Source: a virus
Direction: 5' to 3' (one strand)
Virus record (IMG/VR): IMGVR_UViG_3300045988_112499
Length of the DNA stretch: 51,103 nucleotides
Below the pieces are notes generated by a model. The model searched no databases and was not told where the DNA came from. It worked only from the letters and a program-made list of their open reading frames with translations. The first letter of the stretch is position 1; every line of letters starts with the position of its first letter. The translations under genes and the position numbers were made by a program. This document shows positions 16,838 through 26,011 of this stretch, one piece after another.

Positions 16838-17259
16838 TCAGCGAACAAACGTGTCAATTCTCCCAATCGCTTATTATCTGGAATGTACTTCACTTGATTT
16901 CCGCTTTGAATTGCCTTCATGTAATCTTGACCAAGCACGGCAAGGGCGATGATCTTGGCGCAACGCAAGGCATGTTGATTGGTTAATTTCCTTGCTTCTG
17001 ACAATCCGGCATCGGAAGACACAATTGTTTCATCAATGATCATTTCAACCGCTTCGGAAGAAATGCGATCCAATGTTGATAATGTGGGTTCTTGGATTCG
17101 GAATTTTAGTTTTTCCTTAGTGGGAATTCTCTTTTTAAATATACCGAATAGCCCCTTTGGACGTCGATAGATCGTTCTTTCAACATCAAACGACACACCA
17201 CGATTAACAAGAAGGTTCAGTTCTTGCTTTTCGGCTTCAATTTTTTGTTCGTCTGTCAT
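16696..17259 (-). CDS. Tail assembly chaperone (gpG-like)
   Basis: Position between the major tail and tape measure genes; followed by a start-less open -1 frame. Confidence 0.55.
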   Translation of the reverse strand: MTDEQKIEAEKQELNLLVNRGVSFDVERTIYRRPKGLFGIFKKRIPTKEKLKFRIQEPTLSTLDRISSEAVEMIIDETIVSSDAGLSEARKLTNQHALRCAKIIALAVLGQDYMKAIQSGNQVKYIPDNKRLGELTRLFAENVKPSKLMQLTLLVNTMSNLGDFMNSIRLMSGARTTMPNRIEDNGA

Positions 17260-17261
17260 AT

Positions 17262-17305
17262 CTTTAAATTAAAGAAGCCCCCGAAAACAAAGGCTTGGGG
17301 GCTTC
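17262..17305 (-). terminator. Hairpin terminator/attenuator after the major tail gene
   Basis: GAAGCCCCC (17274-17282) / GGGGGCTTC (17297-17305), followed on the minus strand by TTTAATTT. Confidence 0.6.
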
Positions 17306-17330
17306 GGGTTAATTACTGATTGGGGACCTT

Positions 17331-17831
17331 TTATTTGGCTGTTTTTGCCTTGGCCCAAATAGCCTTGCCGGATGATACGGCGCAAGGTGTTACGGTGAAA
17401 TCTACAAGGAAAATTCCTTTTGCTGAAAAATCAGCATTGATCACCGCTTCAACGTCTGCATTTGGGATCGAAATATCAAGCCCTTGTTCGGTTTCCACTT
17501 TCAATGCTACATTTGCAACGACTTCGGTTCCGTCGAATCCCCAACCCTTTGCGGCATCGGAAGAACCACCGACATACTTTGCAAGGAAAGCTTCGTCCGG
17601 GTCCATGATCGAGAAAGTAAGGGCCGGAATCTTCTTTGCTTTCTTGCGGACTTCCGGGGCCGATCTACCTTCTTCAAAATGTTCGGTCACATCTGAAGCG
17701 TCTTGCGCCATTTTACAAGTATCCTTGTACGTTTTACCGATTTTGGTCAATGCCGCCGTTGGCATTGTTCCGTCGGGTGCGGCCGTACCTACCATAATTT
17801 GAGAAAGACCTAATGTTATAAGTGAAGCCAT
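17331..17831 (-). CDS. Major tail protein
   Basis: 166-aa ORF directly upstream of chaperone/TMP and followed by a strong hairpin. Confidence 0.6.
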   Translation of the reverse strand: MASLITLGLSQIMVGTAAPDGTMPTAALTKIGKTYKDTCKMAQDASDVTEHFEEGRSAPEVRKKAKKIPALTFSIMDPDEAFLAKYVGGSSDAAKGWGFDGTEVVANVALKVETEQGLDISIPNADVEAVINADFSAKGIFLVDFTVTPCAVSSGKAIWAKAKTAK

Positions 17832-17843
17832 TTCTTTAAATTT

Positions 17844-18254
17844 TTAATGAATAATCCAATCAATCCGTATGTTGACATAATGTTGTGACAAAGACGGTTC
17901 GTTCAATACCGTTTGATTAGTCACTACCATTGCCAACCCGTCAAATTTGGCGGCCTTCAATGTCTTCAAGACAATCGTTGATATTGCTTTAAGACGTTTC
18001 CGGTTTGCCTTTTTTTGTTTCTTCTTTTTGATCTGAACTTCCATGTCAGAGACATGAATGTTGACGTTTGAAGTTCCTAATTGCGGCAAATATTCTTGTG
18101 TCAAGTCTATTGAATTGACAACAATGTCTTCGTCTTGTGAATCGTCGGGCCTTTCACCAAGTGAATAGACGTCGCCGGAAATTTCCGAAACGACTTCCGG
18201 TGATCCTTTCAGTAAATTGAAAAGCATTGTATCAAGATCAAAAGTTTGTTTCAT
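17844..18254 (-). CDS. Tail completion / neck protein candidate
   Basis: Position between head-tail joining genes and the major tail gene. Confidence 0.4.
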   Translation of the reverse strand: MKQTFDLDTMLFNLLKGSPEVVSEISGDVYSLGERPDDSQDEDIVVNSIDLTQEYLPQLGTSNVNIHVSDMEVQIKKKKQKKANRKRLKAISTIVLKTLKAAKFDGLAMVVTNQTVLNEPSLSQHYVNIRIDWIIH

Positions 18255-18718
18255 TCTGTTGTCGCTTTTTCTATGTTAGAAACTAATTTTTGCAACATCT
18301 TTGGCAATTCCTGTTGTGCAAGGTGTTCGGCTGAAGTCAGTACGTCCCGGCCCTTAGATTCGACATACAAGGCGTAATTCATTCCGGCCGTGACAACTAA
18401 GACAACCCCTTCGGGATATTTCGATCCAATCGTCTTTGCAAGCTTTTGGCCTTCTTTGATTCCGGTATTACCTTCTTTCACTTGTGCAAAGTTGTCATGG
18501 ACTGCAACGCCGTCGGAAAAGACTACATATCCGATTGAAGACCTTAGATTCCCGGTTTGATCAGTGAACCCAACATTCGCCGGGATAAGTCTTGCATGTT
18601 CTACACACATTTCACCAAGGTATTGAAGACGTTCGATTTGCTTCTTAACGATAACGTCAAGAAACGCCGCAAAACGTCGTGAAACGTCTTCTTGATTGAA
18701 TGTTGGATTTATACCCAT
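18251..18718 (-). CDS. Head-tail joining protein (HK97 gp10-like candidate)
   Basis: Position and size; start set to the ATG at 18718 (the track start is TTG). Confidence 0.45.
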   Translation of the reverse strand: MGINPTFNQEDVSRRFAAFLDVIVKKQIERLQYLGEMCVEHARLIPANVGFTDQTGNLRSSIGYVVFSDGVAVHDNFAQVKEGNTGIKEGQKLAKTIGSKYPEGVVLVVTAGMNYALYVESKGRDVLTSAEHLAQQELPKMLQKLVSNIEKATTE

Positions 18719-19050
18719 AACCGACAATGTAATTGTCCGGGATCATATTTCAATGCCGGACCTGTTATTCTGATAATACCTTCCGAAGATTTACTTTCAG
18801 AAACAAGAATTTGGGTTCCTTCGCTGATTCTTGGTGTGCCTTTGGGTAAATGGACCAAAGAAGAAAAGACCGTAACTTTCCCGTCAATACCTTGGATTGT
18901 CGCCCCTTTGCCGTTTGTTTCCTCACGACACATTGAATGAAATTTCCAAGTTGGGGAATTGTCGATCCAATTTCCTTCTTCGTCTCGTTTGCTGTCTTCT
19001 CCATTCCCAAAGACTTGCACAAACAAAAAATGATTGTATTGTGTTACCAT
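18709..19050 (-). CDS. Head closure / head-tail adaptor candidate
   Basis: 113-aa ORF in the connector gene series. Confidence 0.4.
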   Translation of the reverse strand: MVTQYNHFLFVQVFGNGEDSKRDEEGNWIDNSPTWKFHSMCREETNGKGATIQGIDGKVTVFSSLVHLPKGTPRISEGTQILVSESKSSEGIIRITGPALKYDPGQLHCRLWV

Positions 19051-19361
19051 GAATTACTGCGATTTCTTACTTTGGGTTTACCACCCAAAATGTTTTCTTT
19101 TCCAAGTTCTTTGCAAAGTGCATTATACCACATTTTCAAAGCGTCCATATTCCACGAAAGGGAAAAACCACCTTCGGAAATATTAGCAACGGGCAAGATT
19201 TCCGACATTGATTTGTATATAGCATTTTTGCACATCGAAACATTGAAGTTTGCTTCTTCAAGTCCGGGGTGTTCGGCCAAAATCAAATCAATATCATCTT
19301 CGGTCAAATTGAACCGGGATAATGTCTTTGTCAAATATTCCTTGTTGCTCTGTATTGCCAT
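19044..19361 (-). CDS. Head-tail connector (gp6-like) candidate
   Basis: 105-aa ORF, first gene after the capsid gene. Confidence 0.4.
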   Translation of the reverse strand: MAIQSNKEYLTKTLSRFNLTEDDIDLILAEHPGLEEANFNVSMCKNAIYKSMSEILPVANISEGGFSLSWNMDALKMWYNALCKELGKENILGGKPKVRNRSNSW

Positions 19362-19375
19362 AGGTCAAAGATTTA

Positions 19376-19402
19376 GGCGGGCGTTGTATTGGAACGCCCG
19401 CC
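19376..19402 (-). terminator. Strong hairpin after the major capsid gene
   Basis: GGCGGGCGTT (19376-19385) / AACGCCCGCC (19393-19402), 10-bp perfect stem with a 7-nt loop. Confidence 0.6.
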
Positions 19403-19407
19403 GATTC

Positions 19408-20508
19408 TTATTTTGTCCAAGATGTTGCGTTAACTTGCATAAGCAAGGAACGTCCCGCCAAATTCCAAGCCGGGAAAAGGTTTGCGATTCCTTCGGTTAC
19501 TTCTTTCACCGGGGATTCTTCGGAATACTTCTTGATCAAAGTATGTCCGTTCATAGCCTTTTCAGCAACGGAGTTTTTTAAGTTCATATCAATAGGCTTT
19601 TTCCAATAGGTTTTGCCAAGAACCTTGCTTTCGGAAAACAAGATCACGTCGTCTTCAAATGGGTTTGAAGTTTCACGATCTCCGTTTGCAAGTTCGATTG
19701 TGATTTCTTGGTCAATAACTATGATTTGAAGGCCCTTGAAGGTTTCCTTTTTCTTAGCCAAGTAAGCGTTGACCGTTGTAAGGTCCGGGGCGTCACAAGT
19801 GTTTGTGACATTCTGAACGAATGTTGCGCATTTCTTCACAACTTCTTCTTGTGAAGCAAGCTTTTCAAAGGTTTCCACATTCATAAATGCAAACTTGTAT
19901 GTTGCGCCGAACAACTTCTTTCCAAGTTTCATTGCTTTGGGGAAATCCTTTGTTAAAGGCTTACCACTAACACCCGAAGTGTATGAAGATTCGACGCCGA
20001 TCTTCTGATCTTTCGACATCATATAATCGACATCATATTCAGTGACAACGGCGGCGTTGTTGCTGTTTGTGAACTTCACTTTTCCCAATGAAATTTCTTT
20101 CAATGCGATCCATTCAGCACGGGCGGCCACGCCGTCCCAACAAAACTTGGTGTCTTCGGCCCAAAACTCAACCAATGCCCGCAAATCGGGATTCGTTGAA
20201 GACATTGCAACCATAATGTCGTAATCCGTCAATTCATCTTCCTGTTTCTCACGGGAAATCATGATTTTAGGAATGTCACCTTGAATTCTTGAAATTGCTT
20301 CACGAATCTTTTTAGGAGCCGTTGAACCCCTTGAAACAAGGTCGGCCGCAATTTTCAATCCCGCTTGTGCTTCAAGCATCTTCCATGTAAGGAAGGGTGT
20401 TTCCGTCAAGGGAAACAATGTTGGATAATAATAGGGCTTCAAGTCGTAAGTGTTGATCACGGCTTGCATGTCCTTTTCATTCAACCCAACCATTAAAGTT
20501 TTATTCAT
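19408..20508 (-). CDS. Major capsid protein (lambda gpE-like family)
   Basis: 366 aa, position after scaffold/decoration genes; N-terminal region resembles Phage_cap_E-type coat proteins. Confidence 0.75.
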   Translation of the reverse strand: MNKTLMVGLNEKDMQAVINTYDLKPYYYPTLFPLTETPFLTWKMLEAQAGLKIAADLVSRGSTAPKKIREAISRIQGDIPKIMISREKQEDELTDYDIMVAMSSTNPDLRALVEFWAEDTKFCWDGVAARAEWIALKEISLGKVKFTNSNNAAVVTEYDVDYMMSKDQKIGVESSYTSGVSGKPLTKDFPKAMKLGKKLFGATYKFAFMNVETFEKLASQEEVVKKCATFVQNVTNTCDAPDLTTVNAYLAKKKETFKGLQIIVIDQEITIELANGDRETSNPFEDDVILFSESKVLGKTYWKKPIDMNLKNSVAEKAMNGHTLIKKYSEESPVKEVTEGIANLFPAWNLAGRSLLMQVNATSWTK

Positions 20509-20529
20509 ATTCCTTTAAGGATTAAGAGA

Positions 20530-21096
20530 TTAAACAATGTATGAAACCCCTTTCATGGTTGATTCGATTGTGTCGTTTACAACCGGGGCGTTACCTCTGC
20601 GTACTACTGCGTGAAGCCATGCAGAAACGAAAAGGTTGTCACCTTCTTCGACATCTTCATTGGAACCCGCAACCGAATTCGCTTTATACTTCACGGTTTT
20701 TGCTGCACCATTGGAAAGGAAAGCACATGTTCCCGATTTAACTTCGGCCCCAAGTGTTGCCGACAAGGTGATCACGTCCTTTGCTGGATCGCTCTTGTCA
20801 ATTGCGGTGATCTGCTTTCCTACACATGATTCGGTTGCAAAATAATCTCCGGTTTTGAAGTGATGCCCTTTCGCAACTTCGTAATCCGTAGCCGTTGCAT
20901 TTGCTGTTGTGACAATCAATGCGGTCTTTTGTACATGATACATACCGTCAGAACCGGGACCGATTGGCGTTCCTTCAAAAAGGACCTTGCCGCCAAGTTC
21001 GGACGTGTTAATCGTCACACCGCCCGGAACGTCTGCGATCCGGTGCAAGATAGATTTGATTACACGTTTGTCTTTTTGTCTTTTGACTTGTAACAT
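20530..21096 (-). CDS. Head decoration protein candidate
   Basis: 188-aa ORF between the scaffold and capsid genes. Confidence 0.35.
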   Translation of the reverse strand: MLQVKRQKDKRVIKSILHRIADVPGGVTINTSELGGKVLFEGTPIGPGSDGMYHVQKTALIVTTANATATDYEVAKGHHFKTGDYFATESCVGKQITAIDKSDPAKDVITLSATLGAEVKSGTCAFLSNGAAKTVKYKANSVAGSNEDVEEGDNLFVSAWLHAVVRRGNAPVVNDTIESTMKGVSYIV

Positions 21097-21117
21097 TTGC
21101 GTAAATGATTAAAAAGA

Positions 21118-21816
21118 TTAAACTTCTTTTCCCCCAAGGGAATTTTCTTTCTCTGTTTGGCTTTGAATGAAGGAAGCAACGCCGGATGAAACGCCGTCAT
21201 TGTTTTTCTGACCGAACATCGGTTTCCCTTGTTCGCCAAGCCCTTTATTTGCCAAATCTTGATTGAAAGCCGCAATGTCCGTTTCGGTTTCTGTCAAGTA
21301 TTCATTGAAGGCGTTATCGTCGGTAAATGACATACGGTTGAAATCCTTCAGTACTTTCGCTTTGAAGGTTTCGTCTTTGCATGATCCCAACTTTTCCGTC
21401 AACATTTGAAGCCTTGATTCTGAAATCTTTGATCCCCTAAGTGCGGCAATTTCGTCATTAAGTGGCTTAACCACTTCTGCAACGGCTGCTTTTATGGCGG
21501 CTTGCAAGTCGTCCGGGTTTGTCTTCTTGGTTGGATCGTCTGCCGGGGTCTGATCGTCCAATTCGACAAACTTGAACTTCTTTTTCAAATTGCCTTCATA
21601 GGTCTTGTTTGCTTCGGACACCTCTTTGTCCACATCTTTACGGTAATCTTTTACCGTTTCGGTCACTTTCTCGACATCAAGCTTGTCGATAAGTGCTTGC
21701 GCTTCTTCTTGGCTTGTAACTTGAAGGGCGATCATTCGGGCCAACTGTGCCAAGCCGTCTTTCCGCACGCCTGCAAACTTTGCTTGCAGTAATGCAAGGA
21801 TTTGTTGATAATTCAT
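21118..21816 (-). CDS. Scaffolding protein
   Basis: Acidic, helical/coiled-coil 232-aa protein upstream of the capsid gene. Confidence 0.55.
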   Translation of the reverse strand: MNYQQILALLQAKFAGVRKDGLAQLARMIALQVTSQEEAQALIDKLDVEKVTETVKDYRKDVDKEVSEANKTYEGNLKKKFKFVELDDQTPADDPTKKTNPDDLQAAIKAAVAEVVKPLNDEIAALRGSKISESRLQMLTEKLGSCKDETFKAKVLKDFNRMSFTDDNAFNEYLTETETDIAAFNQDLANKGLGEQGKPMFGQKNNDGVSSGVASFIQSQTEKENSLGGKEV

Positions 21817-21860
21817 GTGTTCAAAAAATTAGGTTTTTAATCGTTCAGCGACAAAAATAG

Positions 21861-21879
21861 GTATATCACTGTGATATAC
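21861..21879. promoter_or_regulatory. Dispersed palindrome copy 4: G TATATCA CTG TGATATA C (perfect 9+1+9)
   Basis: 44 nt upstream of the scaffold ATG at 21816; followed on the minus strand by CTATTTTTG. Confidence 0.8.
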
Positions 21880-21921
21880 TTTAAGGAATCGCTTTGTTTT
21901 GGCGCAATAGTTATCAACATT

Positions 21922-21937
21922 TTTGCATTGCATTTGC
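21922..21937 (-). repeat. TGCAATGCA motif, variant A copy
   Basis: Reverse complement of 47897-47912; in the divergent intergenic region between the scaffold gene and the moron. Confidence 0.7.
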
Positions 21938-22015
21938 ATAGCAATTGTTTTATTAAATAGACTTATTGTTTTGATTTTGTTGGCTATTTAATAATTTACC
22001 GAATGGTATTTTATA

Positions 22016-22023
22016 TATATTTG
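22016..22023 (+). promoter_or_regulatory. Bacteroides-type -7 box (TATATTTG) for the plus-strand moron
   Basis: Matches TAnnTTTG, about 50 nt upstream of the ATG at 22074. Confidence 0.4.
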
Positions 22024-22073
22024 CAAAATAGCTTAAATCAAGTCAAACTTTTATTTTTTAACTTAATAACATC

Positions 22074-22565
22074 ATGAAGCGAATATCATTACTCATTGTT
22101 TTTATCTATATGTGTTCTATGTTTACTTTCGCCCAAAAGATAAACAGAAATATTTTGTGTTGCACCTTGGGTGAAACCACTGAAGCGCAATTATCCAATT
22201 GTATAAAAGAAAATAATTATACCTTGGAAAGTGAATATGTATCCAATGGATTGAAGTATTATCGAATAGCTAATATAACTTTTGCTAATAAAGACTATTC
22301 AGAGGGTTTGTTTTGTTTTTATAAAGGGAAACTTCTATTTATAAACTTTTTCGTAGAAAACAATCTTTATTTTAACGGTTTAAAAGATGCGTTGACAAAG
22401 AAATATAAACCTTATCTACAAAAGGAAACAAACGAAGGGTCTGTTTCTTTTGACGACGGTACAACAATGATTTGGTTGGATGATTTGTCGGGTAGTACGA
22501 CATTGAAGTATGTCGATAAAAAAATATCAGAGCAAATCAAGTCGGATACTTCAAACGAATTATAG
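22074..22565 (+). CDS. Secreted protein (moron)
   Basis: N-terminal signal peptide MKRISLLIVFIYMCSMFTFAQ; opposite strand to the flanking head genes. Confidence 0.6.
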   Translation: MKRISLLIVFIYMCSMFTFAQKINRNILCCTLGETTEAQLSNCIKENNYTLESEYVSNGLKYYRIANITFANKDYSEGLFCFYKGKLLFINFFVENNLYFNGLKDALTKKYKPYLQKETNEGSVSFDDGTTMIWLDDLSGSTTLKYVDKKISEQIKSDTSNEL

Positions 22566-22600
22566 TTGCTTCATGTGCATATCTTTTGTATAACCTACAT

Positions 22601-22619
22601 GTATTTCAGTGTGATATAC
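22601..22619. promoter_or_regulatory. Dispersed palindrome copy 5: G TATTTCA GTG TGATATA C
   Basis: In the gap between plus-strand moron genes (22566-22766). Confidence 0.7.
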
Positions 22620-22766
22620 CAAAGCCGATCCATACTTTTGCAAAAGAATGTTCTTCGGAGTGGTTGCCGAACAATAACATATTTGAAAGGTGTTTTTCCG
22701 TATTGATCCCGTCAACCACAATTGGGACAATCAGAATTACACCTTTCTTCTTTTAAACTTATCTGT

Positions 22767-23039
22767 ATGGATCAATCAATTATTCCCTTATCGGAGAAGA
22801 CCGCCAATGATCTTTGTGAAGCTTTACAAAATTGTAGCTATTCAATGAAGTCGCTTGCAAATTCTTTCGGCCAAGCATCGAAAAATCTTGCAGTCAATAA
22901 AGTAACAATTGATATTACTAAGTATCAAGTGAAAGTCTGTATGTCCAACATTCTAATACGTTGGTATTGGAAACGCAAATTGCGTCGGGCCGAAATACGT
23001 TTGTCTAATCTTGAAAATATTATTGCAAATGAACGGTAA
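22767..23039 (+). CDS. Hypothetical protein
   Basis: ATG at 22767 (the track start at 22722 is TTG). Confidence 0.4.
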   Translation: MDQSIIPLSEKTANDLCEALQNCSYSMKSLANSFGQASKNLAVNKVTIDITKYQVKVCMSNILIRWYWKRKLRRAEIRLSNLENIIANER

Positions 23040-23259
23040 CGGGCTGATCCATATTGAATTCAAATCCGGCGGCCATGATTATTTCGGATCAATAGCGGCC
23101 CTTTTTGACACCTATGCCCCCGAAACATTGGGGGTATCAAAACAACGCTTGTATGACTGCAAGATCACGCCGGATCGCCCCTACCGGAATAAGATTTGCA
23201 CCATACGGAAAGGAAGCATTAAGAGAAAGAAGGGGAATCGAACAACTTCAAAATCATAA
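23029..23259 (+). CDS. Hypothetical basic protein
   Basis: ATG at 23029 (MNGNGLIHIEF...); basic C-terminus KGSIKRKKGNR. Confidence 0.4.
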   Translation: MNGNGLIHIEFKSGGHDYFGSIAALFDTYAPETLGVSKQRLYDCKITPDRPYRNKICTIRKGSIKRKKGNRTTSKS

Positions 23260-23263
23260 AGTT

Positions 23264-23542
23264 ATGAATTACAGGGATTTAAAAGGTAAAACGATCTTTG
23301 ATTTCGCTAAAGACGAAAGGATCATTGAAGAAATTGTTGATTTCAAACCTTCGGATAAGGGATTGAAAGACAATTACTTGAAAAGTCACCCAATCAACAT
23401 TGCACGTGACATTTATGAATATGCGTGCACGGTGAAGAATAAAGAACTTCGTCAAGCCGCCTTATTGTATGGTGACGAACTTCAAGAAGAAATGGAAGAA
23501 AGGGCCGAAGAAGCGGCAAAAGAAGGAATCATTGTTGATTGA
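23264..23542 (+). CDS. Hypothetical acidic protein
   Basis: ATG at 23264 (MNYRDLKGK...); the upstream TTG-started part overlaps the previous ORF. Confidence 0.45.
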   Translation: MNYRDLKGKTIFDFAKDERIIEEIVDFKPSDKGLKDNYLKSHPINIARDIYEYACTVKNKELRQAALLYGDELQEEMEERAEEAAKEGIIVD

Positions 23543-23545
23543 AAG

Positions 23546-23571
23546 AAAGGGGGCTTTATTTGGCCCCCTTT
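23546..23571. terminator. Bidirectional terminator between convergent genes
   Basis: AAAGGGGGC (23546-23554) / GCCCCCTTT (23563-23571) with an 8-nt loop; the right arm overlaps the last codons of the MuF gene. Confidence 0.65.
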
Positions 23572-25829
23572 AAATTATAATGTTTCAAGTAATAATCAAA
23601 TGAATCTTCACCGCTATAACAGAACTTTATGATTCTCTTAATGTCTGTTTTCGTGAACTTACGTCCTGTATCCGGGTTTATACGATTTTTGAATCCTTCG
23701 GATACTCCGTCGATCAATCCGGTCATTTGATCCGTGTATCTGCCTTCAAACAAATGCTTCTTCACAATCGACAACACCTTGCTTCGATCCAATCCCAAGA
23801 CATCAATCAACCTGTCATAATTGCAAACCATATCATTATAAGCCGTTGAACTTCTGTTTGTGGTGAATTCTGTGTGTGGAGTGTCTTTTGCGCCTAATGC
23901 TTTGTAAAATTCCGGCAATGTCTTTCGGGCTACAAACTCATTTGCCAACTCCATGAAACGGCGTTCAAGTGTAGACAAGAACATGTTTCCCTGCTTGTTA
24001 CGGTTGTGCGTGATTTCATGCCAAAGCGTTGCCATTGCATCGGCTTCATTGAAGGTTATATCAATACCGTTTTTGACTTTGTTCATTGCGGAAACACACA
24101 ATTCCAATCGGTCTTGTGCTAAACTGATTTTTCCTTTCATATCGGTTGAACCGTTGTTGTTTCGGTTTTTGTCAACTGCCAAAGTATCGAAGCCATGTTC
24201 AAACCAACCTTCCTTGGTTCCAACCGTCTTGATTTCGTCCCTCACATGTTCCGGCGTCTGTATCTTTGCACCTTTACTTTGATTCAATACAGCGTTTGCA
24301 ATGTCACTTTCCAAAGATTGAATTGAAGTGTTGATTGAAGTCGTAATGTTTGGGTTTCCGATTATTGCCGGATTGTTTTGCAATGATTTGGACCATGACT
24401 TCAATTGCGCCCCATTAACCCCCAATTTTTCGGCCTTACCGATAAGCGATTGAATCTTACCCAATAGATTGTAATAGTTAGTTTCATGCTTGGTGATCTG
24501 ATCTTCAAGGGCCTTTATAATTCGGCGTAATTGGACCGGATCATTATTCGGACGAACAACATTCAACATTTCAGTCGAAACGCCCCACATAAGGCAACGG
24601 GGCTTCAATGCTGCGATTTCGGCATCTATTGCGGCCAATTCTGCAACTTTCGGATCGACTTTGGGTTTTTCGATTTTAGGTTTGATCAAATTCAACCCAC
24701 CGGAAATTCGCCCGCCTTTGAAATTATCTTTGATAAAGTAGGGGATCGAAGACCAACCTTCGGCGGCTTCTTCGTGTTCTTTGATCCATTGCTTGAACTT
24801 GTCGGGAACCTCGGAAACAAGGTTGCGTGACGCATACTTTTTATATTCCGTTCCTTTCAATGCCGCCTTCATTTCATCAAGTTCTTGATTGTCGAATTCG
24901 TCCGGGTCTTGAAGAATAGGGACCATTAAACAACGGCATTGCGGATGCCAACCTTTGAAGACGAAACTTTTTGGGTATCGTCCGGCCAAGGTGTCGCAAA
25001 TGTCCACAAATGGAACCTTCTTTCCCGTTTTTGGATCGGTTGTTGTGTGATTGTTGGAAAGTCGTATTTCAAAGCCAACAACGAAGTCAAGATTCGCCCA
25101 CCGAAGCCGTTCCGATTCTCTGTAAGCCATGTTTATTTCGGATCGGGTCAACCGCATTGCATTTTTGTAAGAGGACCGATAAACGCCTTGGCCGGGATGA
25201 AATGCGGCGGCGGCCTTAGATAAATGAAGTTGCCCCCTTTTATCACGTACCCGCCGGAACAAACGATCCGGGTCAATAAGGCTTCCCCGCAAGTCTTTCG
25301 ACAACTGTTGTGCGGATCGGCCTTCACCGATTCCGACATCAATTCCAAATTCCATTGTTTTTTTGAATTGCCCGGCGTATTTCCAAACCCGCTTGGATAG
25401 ATCAAGGCCGTTGACCTTTCGTTTCTGAAATGCGTCAAGGGCGTCAAGGTTGCGATCTTGCATCTTGGACAACATGCGTTTCCCAACCTTTGACGTGTTC
25501 ATAATCGACTGAAGGAATTCGTCGTTCTTCTTACATGCGTACAACCATTCATTCCGGGAACCTTTTTCAATTACCGCTTGCATATTTGAAGCAAGGCCAT
25601 TGATGATGTTTTGGGCCGTTGCTGAAGTTGAAGGATAATCGGCAAAAGAAAAAGGCTTGTCCGGGTCTATATTGGTACGCATGGCAAGTCGGGCGAATTC
25701 GGCAATAGCTTCATTATAAAGCTTGTCGATCACTGCAACATAAGCTTCCGTCTTTTGATAATGTGAAGCGTCCCAACCTTGCACGGAAAAGCGTTTATTT
25801 GGGCCGTCTTGCTTCTTTGCCCGTGTCAT
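23556..25829 (-). CDS. Head morphogenesis protein (SPP1 gp7 / Mu F family) with long C-terminal extension carrying HExxH
   Basis: GWHPQCRCLMVPI is typical of the MuF domain; C-terminal LWHEITHN (24006-24020) with Glu residues 14, 19 and 23 aa downstream. Confidence 0.75.
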   Translation of the reverse strand: MTRAKKQDGPNKRFSVQGWDASHYQKTEAYVAVIDKLYNEAIAEFARLAMRTNIDPDKPFSFADYPSTSATAQNIINGLASNMQAVIEKGSRNEWLYACKKNDEFLQSIMNTSKVGKRMLSKMQDRNLDALDAFQKRKVNGLDLSKRVWKYAGQFKKTMEFGIDVGIGEGRSAQQLSKDLRGSLIDPDRLFRRVRDKRGQLHLSKAAAAFHPGQGVYRSSYKNAMRLTRSEINMAYRESERLRWANLDFVVGFEIRLSNNHTTTDPKTGKKVPFVDICDTLAGRYPKSFVFKGWHPQCRCLMVPILQDPDEFDNQELDEMKAALKGTEYKKYASRNLVSEVPDKFKQWIKEHEEAAEGWSSIPYFIKDNFKGGRISGGLNLIKPKIEKPKVDPKVAELAAIDAEIAALKPRCLMWGVSTEMLNVVRPNNDPVQLRRIIKALEDQITKHETNYYNLLGKIQSLIGKAEKLGVNGAQLKSWSKSLQNNPAIIGNPNITTSINTSIQSLESDIANAVLNQSKGAKIQTPEHVRDEIKTVGTKEGWFEHGFDTLAVDKNRNNNGSTDMKGKISLAQDRLELCVSAMNKVKNGIDITFNEADAMATLWHEITHNRNKQGNMFLSTLERRFMELANEFVARKTLPEFYKALGAKDTPHTEFTTNRSSTAYNDMVCNYDRLIDVLGLDRSKVLSIVKKHLFEGRYTDQMTGLIDGVSEGFKNRINPDTGRKFTKTDIKRIIKFCYSGEDSFDYYLKHYNLKGAK

Positions 25830-26008
25830 GGTTGTTTCTCCTTATAATAGTCGCAAGGGCGTCCATTTGCGCCGTATGCGACTTTAAAACCATACGGGTT
25901 TCGTACTTTGTTGAAGCAATCAATCATGAAATTGCTTACCACACTACCACCCCAAACGCATTTCTTGCAATCGACAAGGGGTTTCACTTTTGTTGTTCTC
26001 CCTGCCAT
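25826..26008 (-). CDS. Small Cys-containing hypothetical protein
   Basis: 60-aa ORF coupled between the portal and MuF genes. Confidence 0.4.
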   Translation of the reverse strand: MAGRTTKVKPLVDCKKCVWGGSVVSNFMIDCFNKVRNPYGFKVAYGANGRPCDYYKEKQP

Positions 26009-26011
26009 TGT

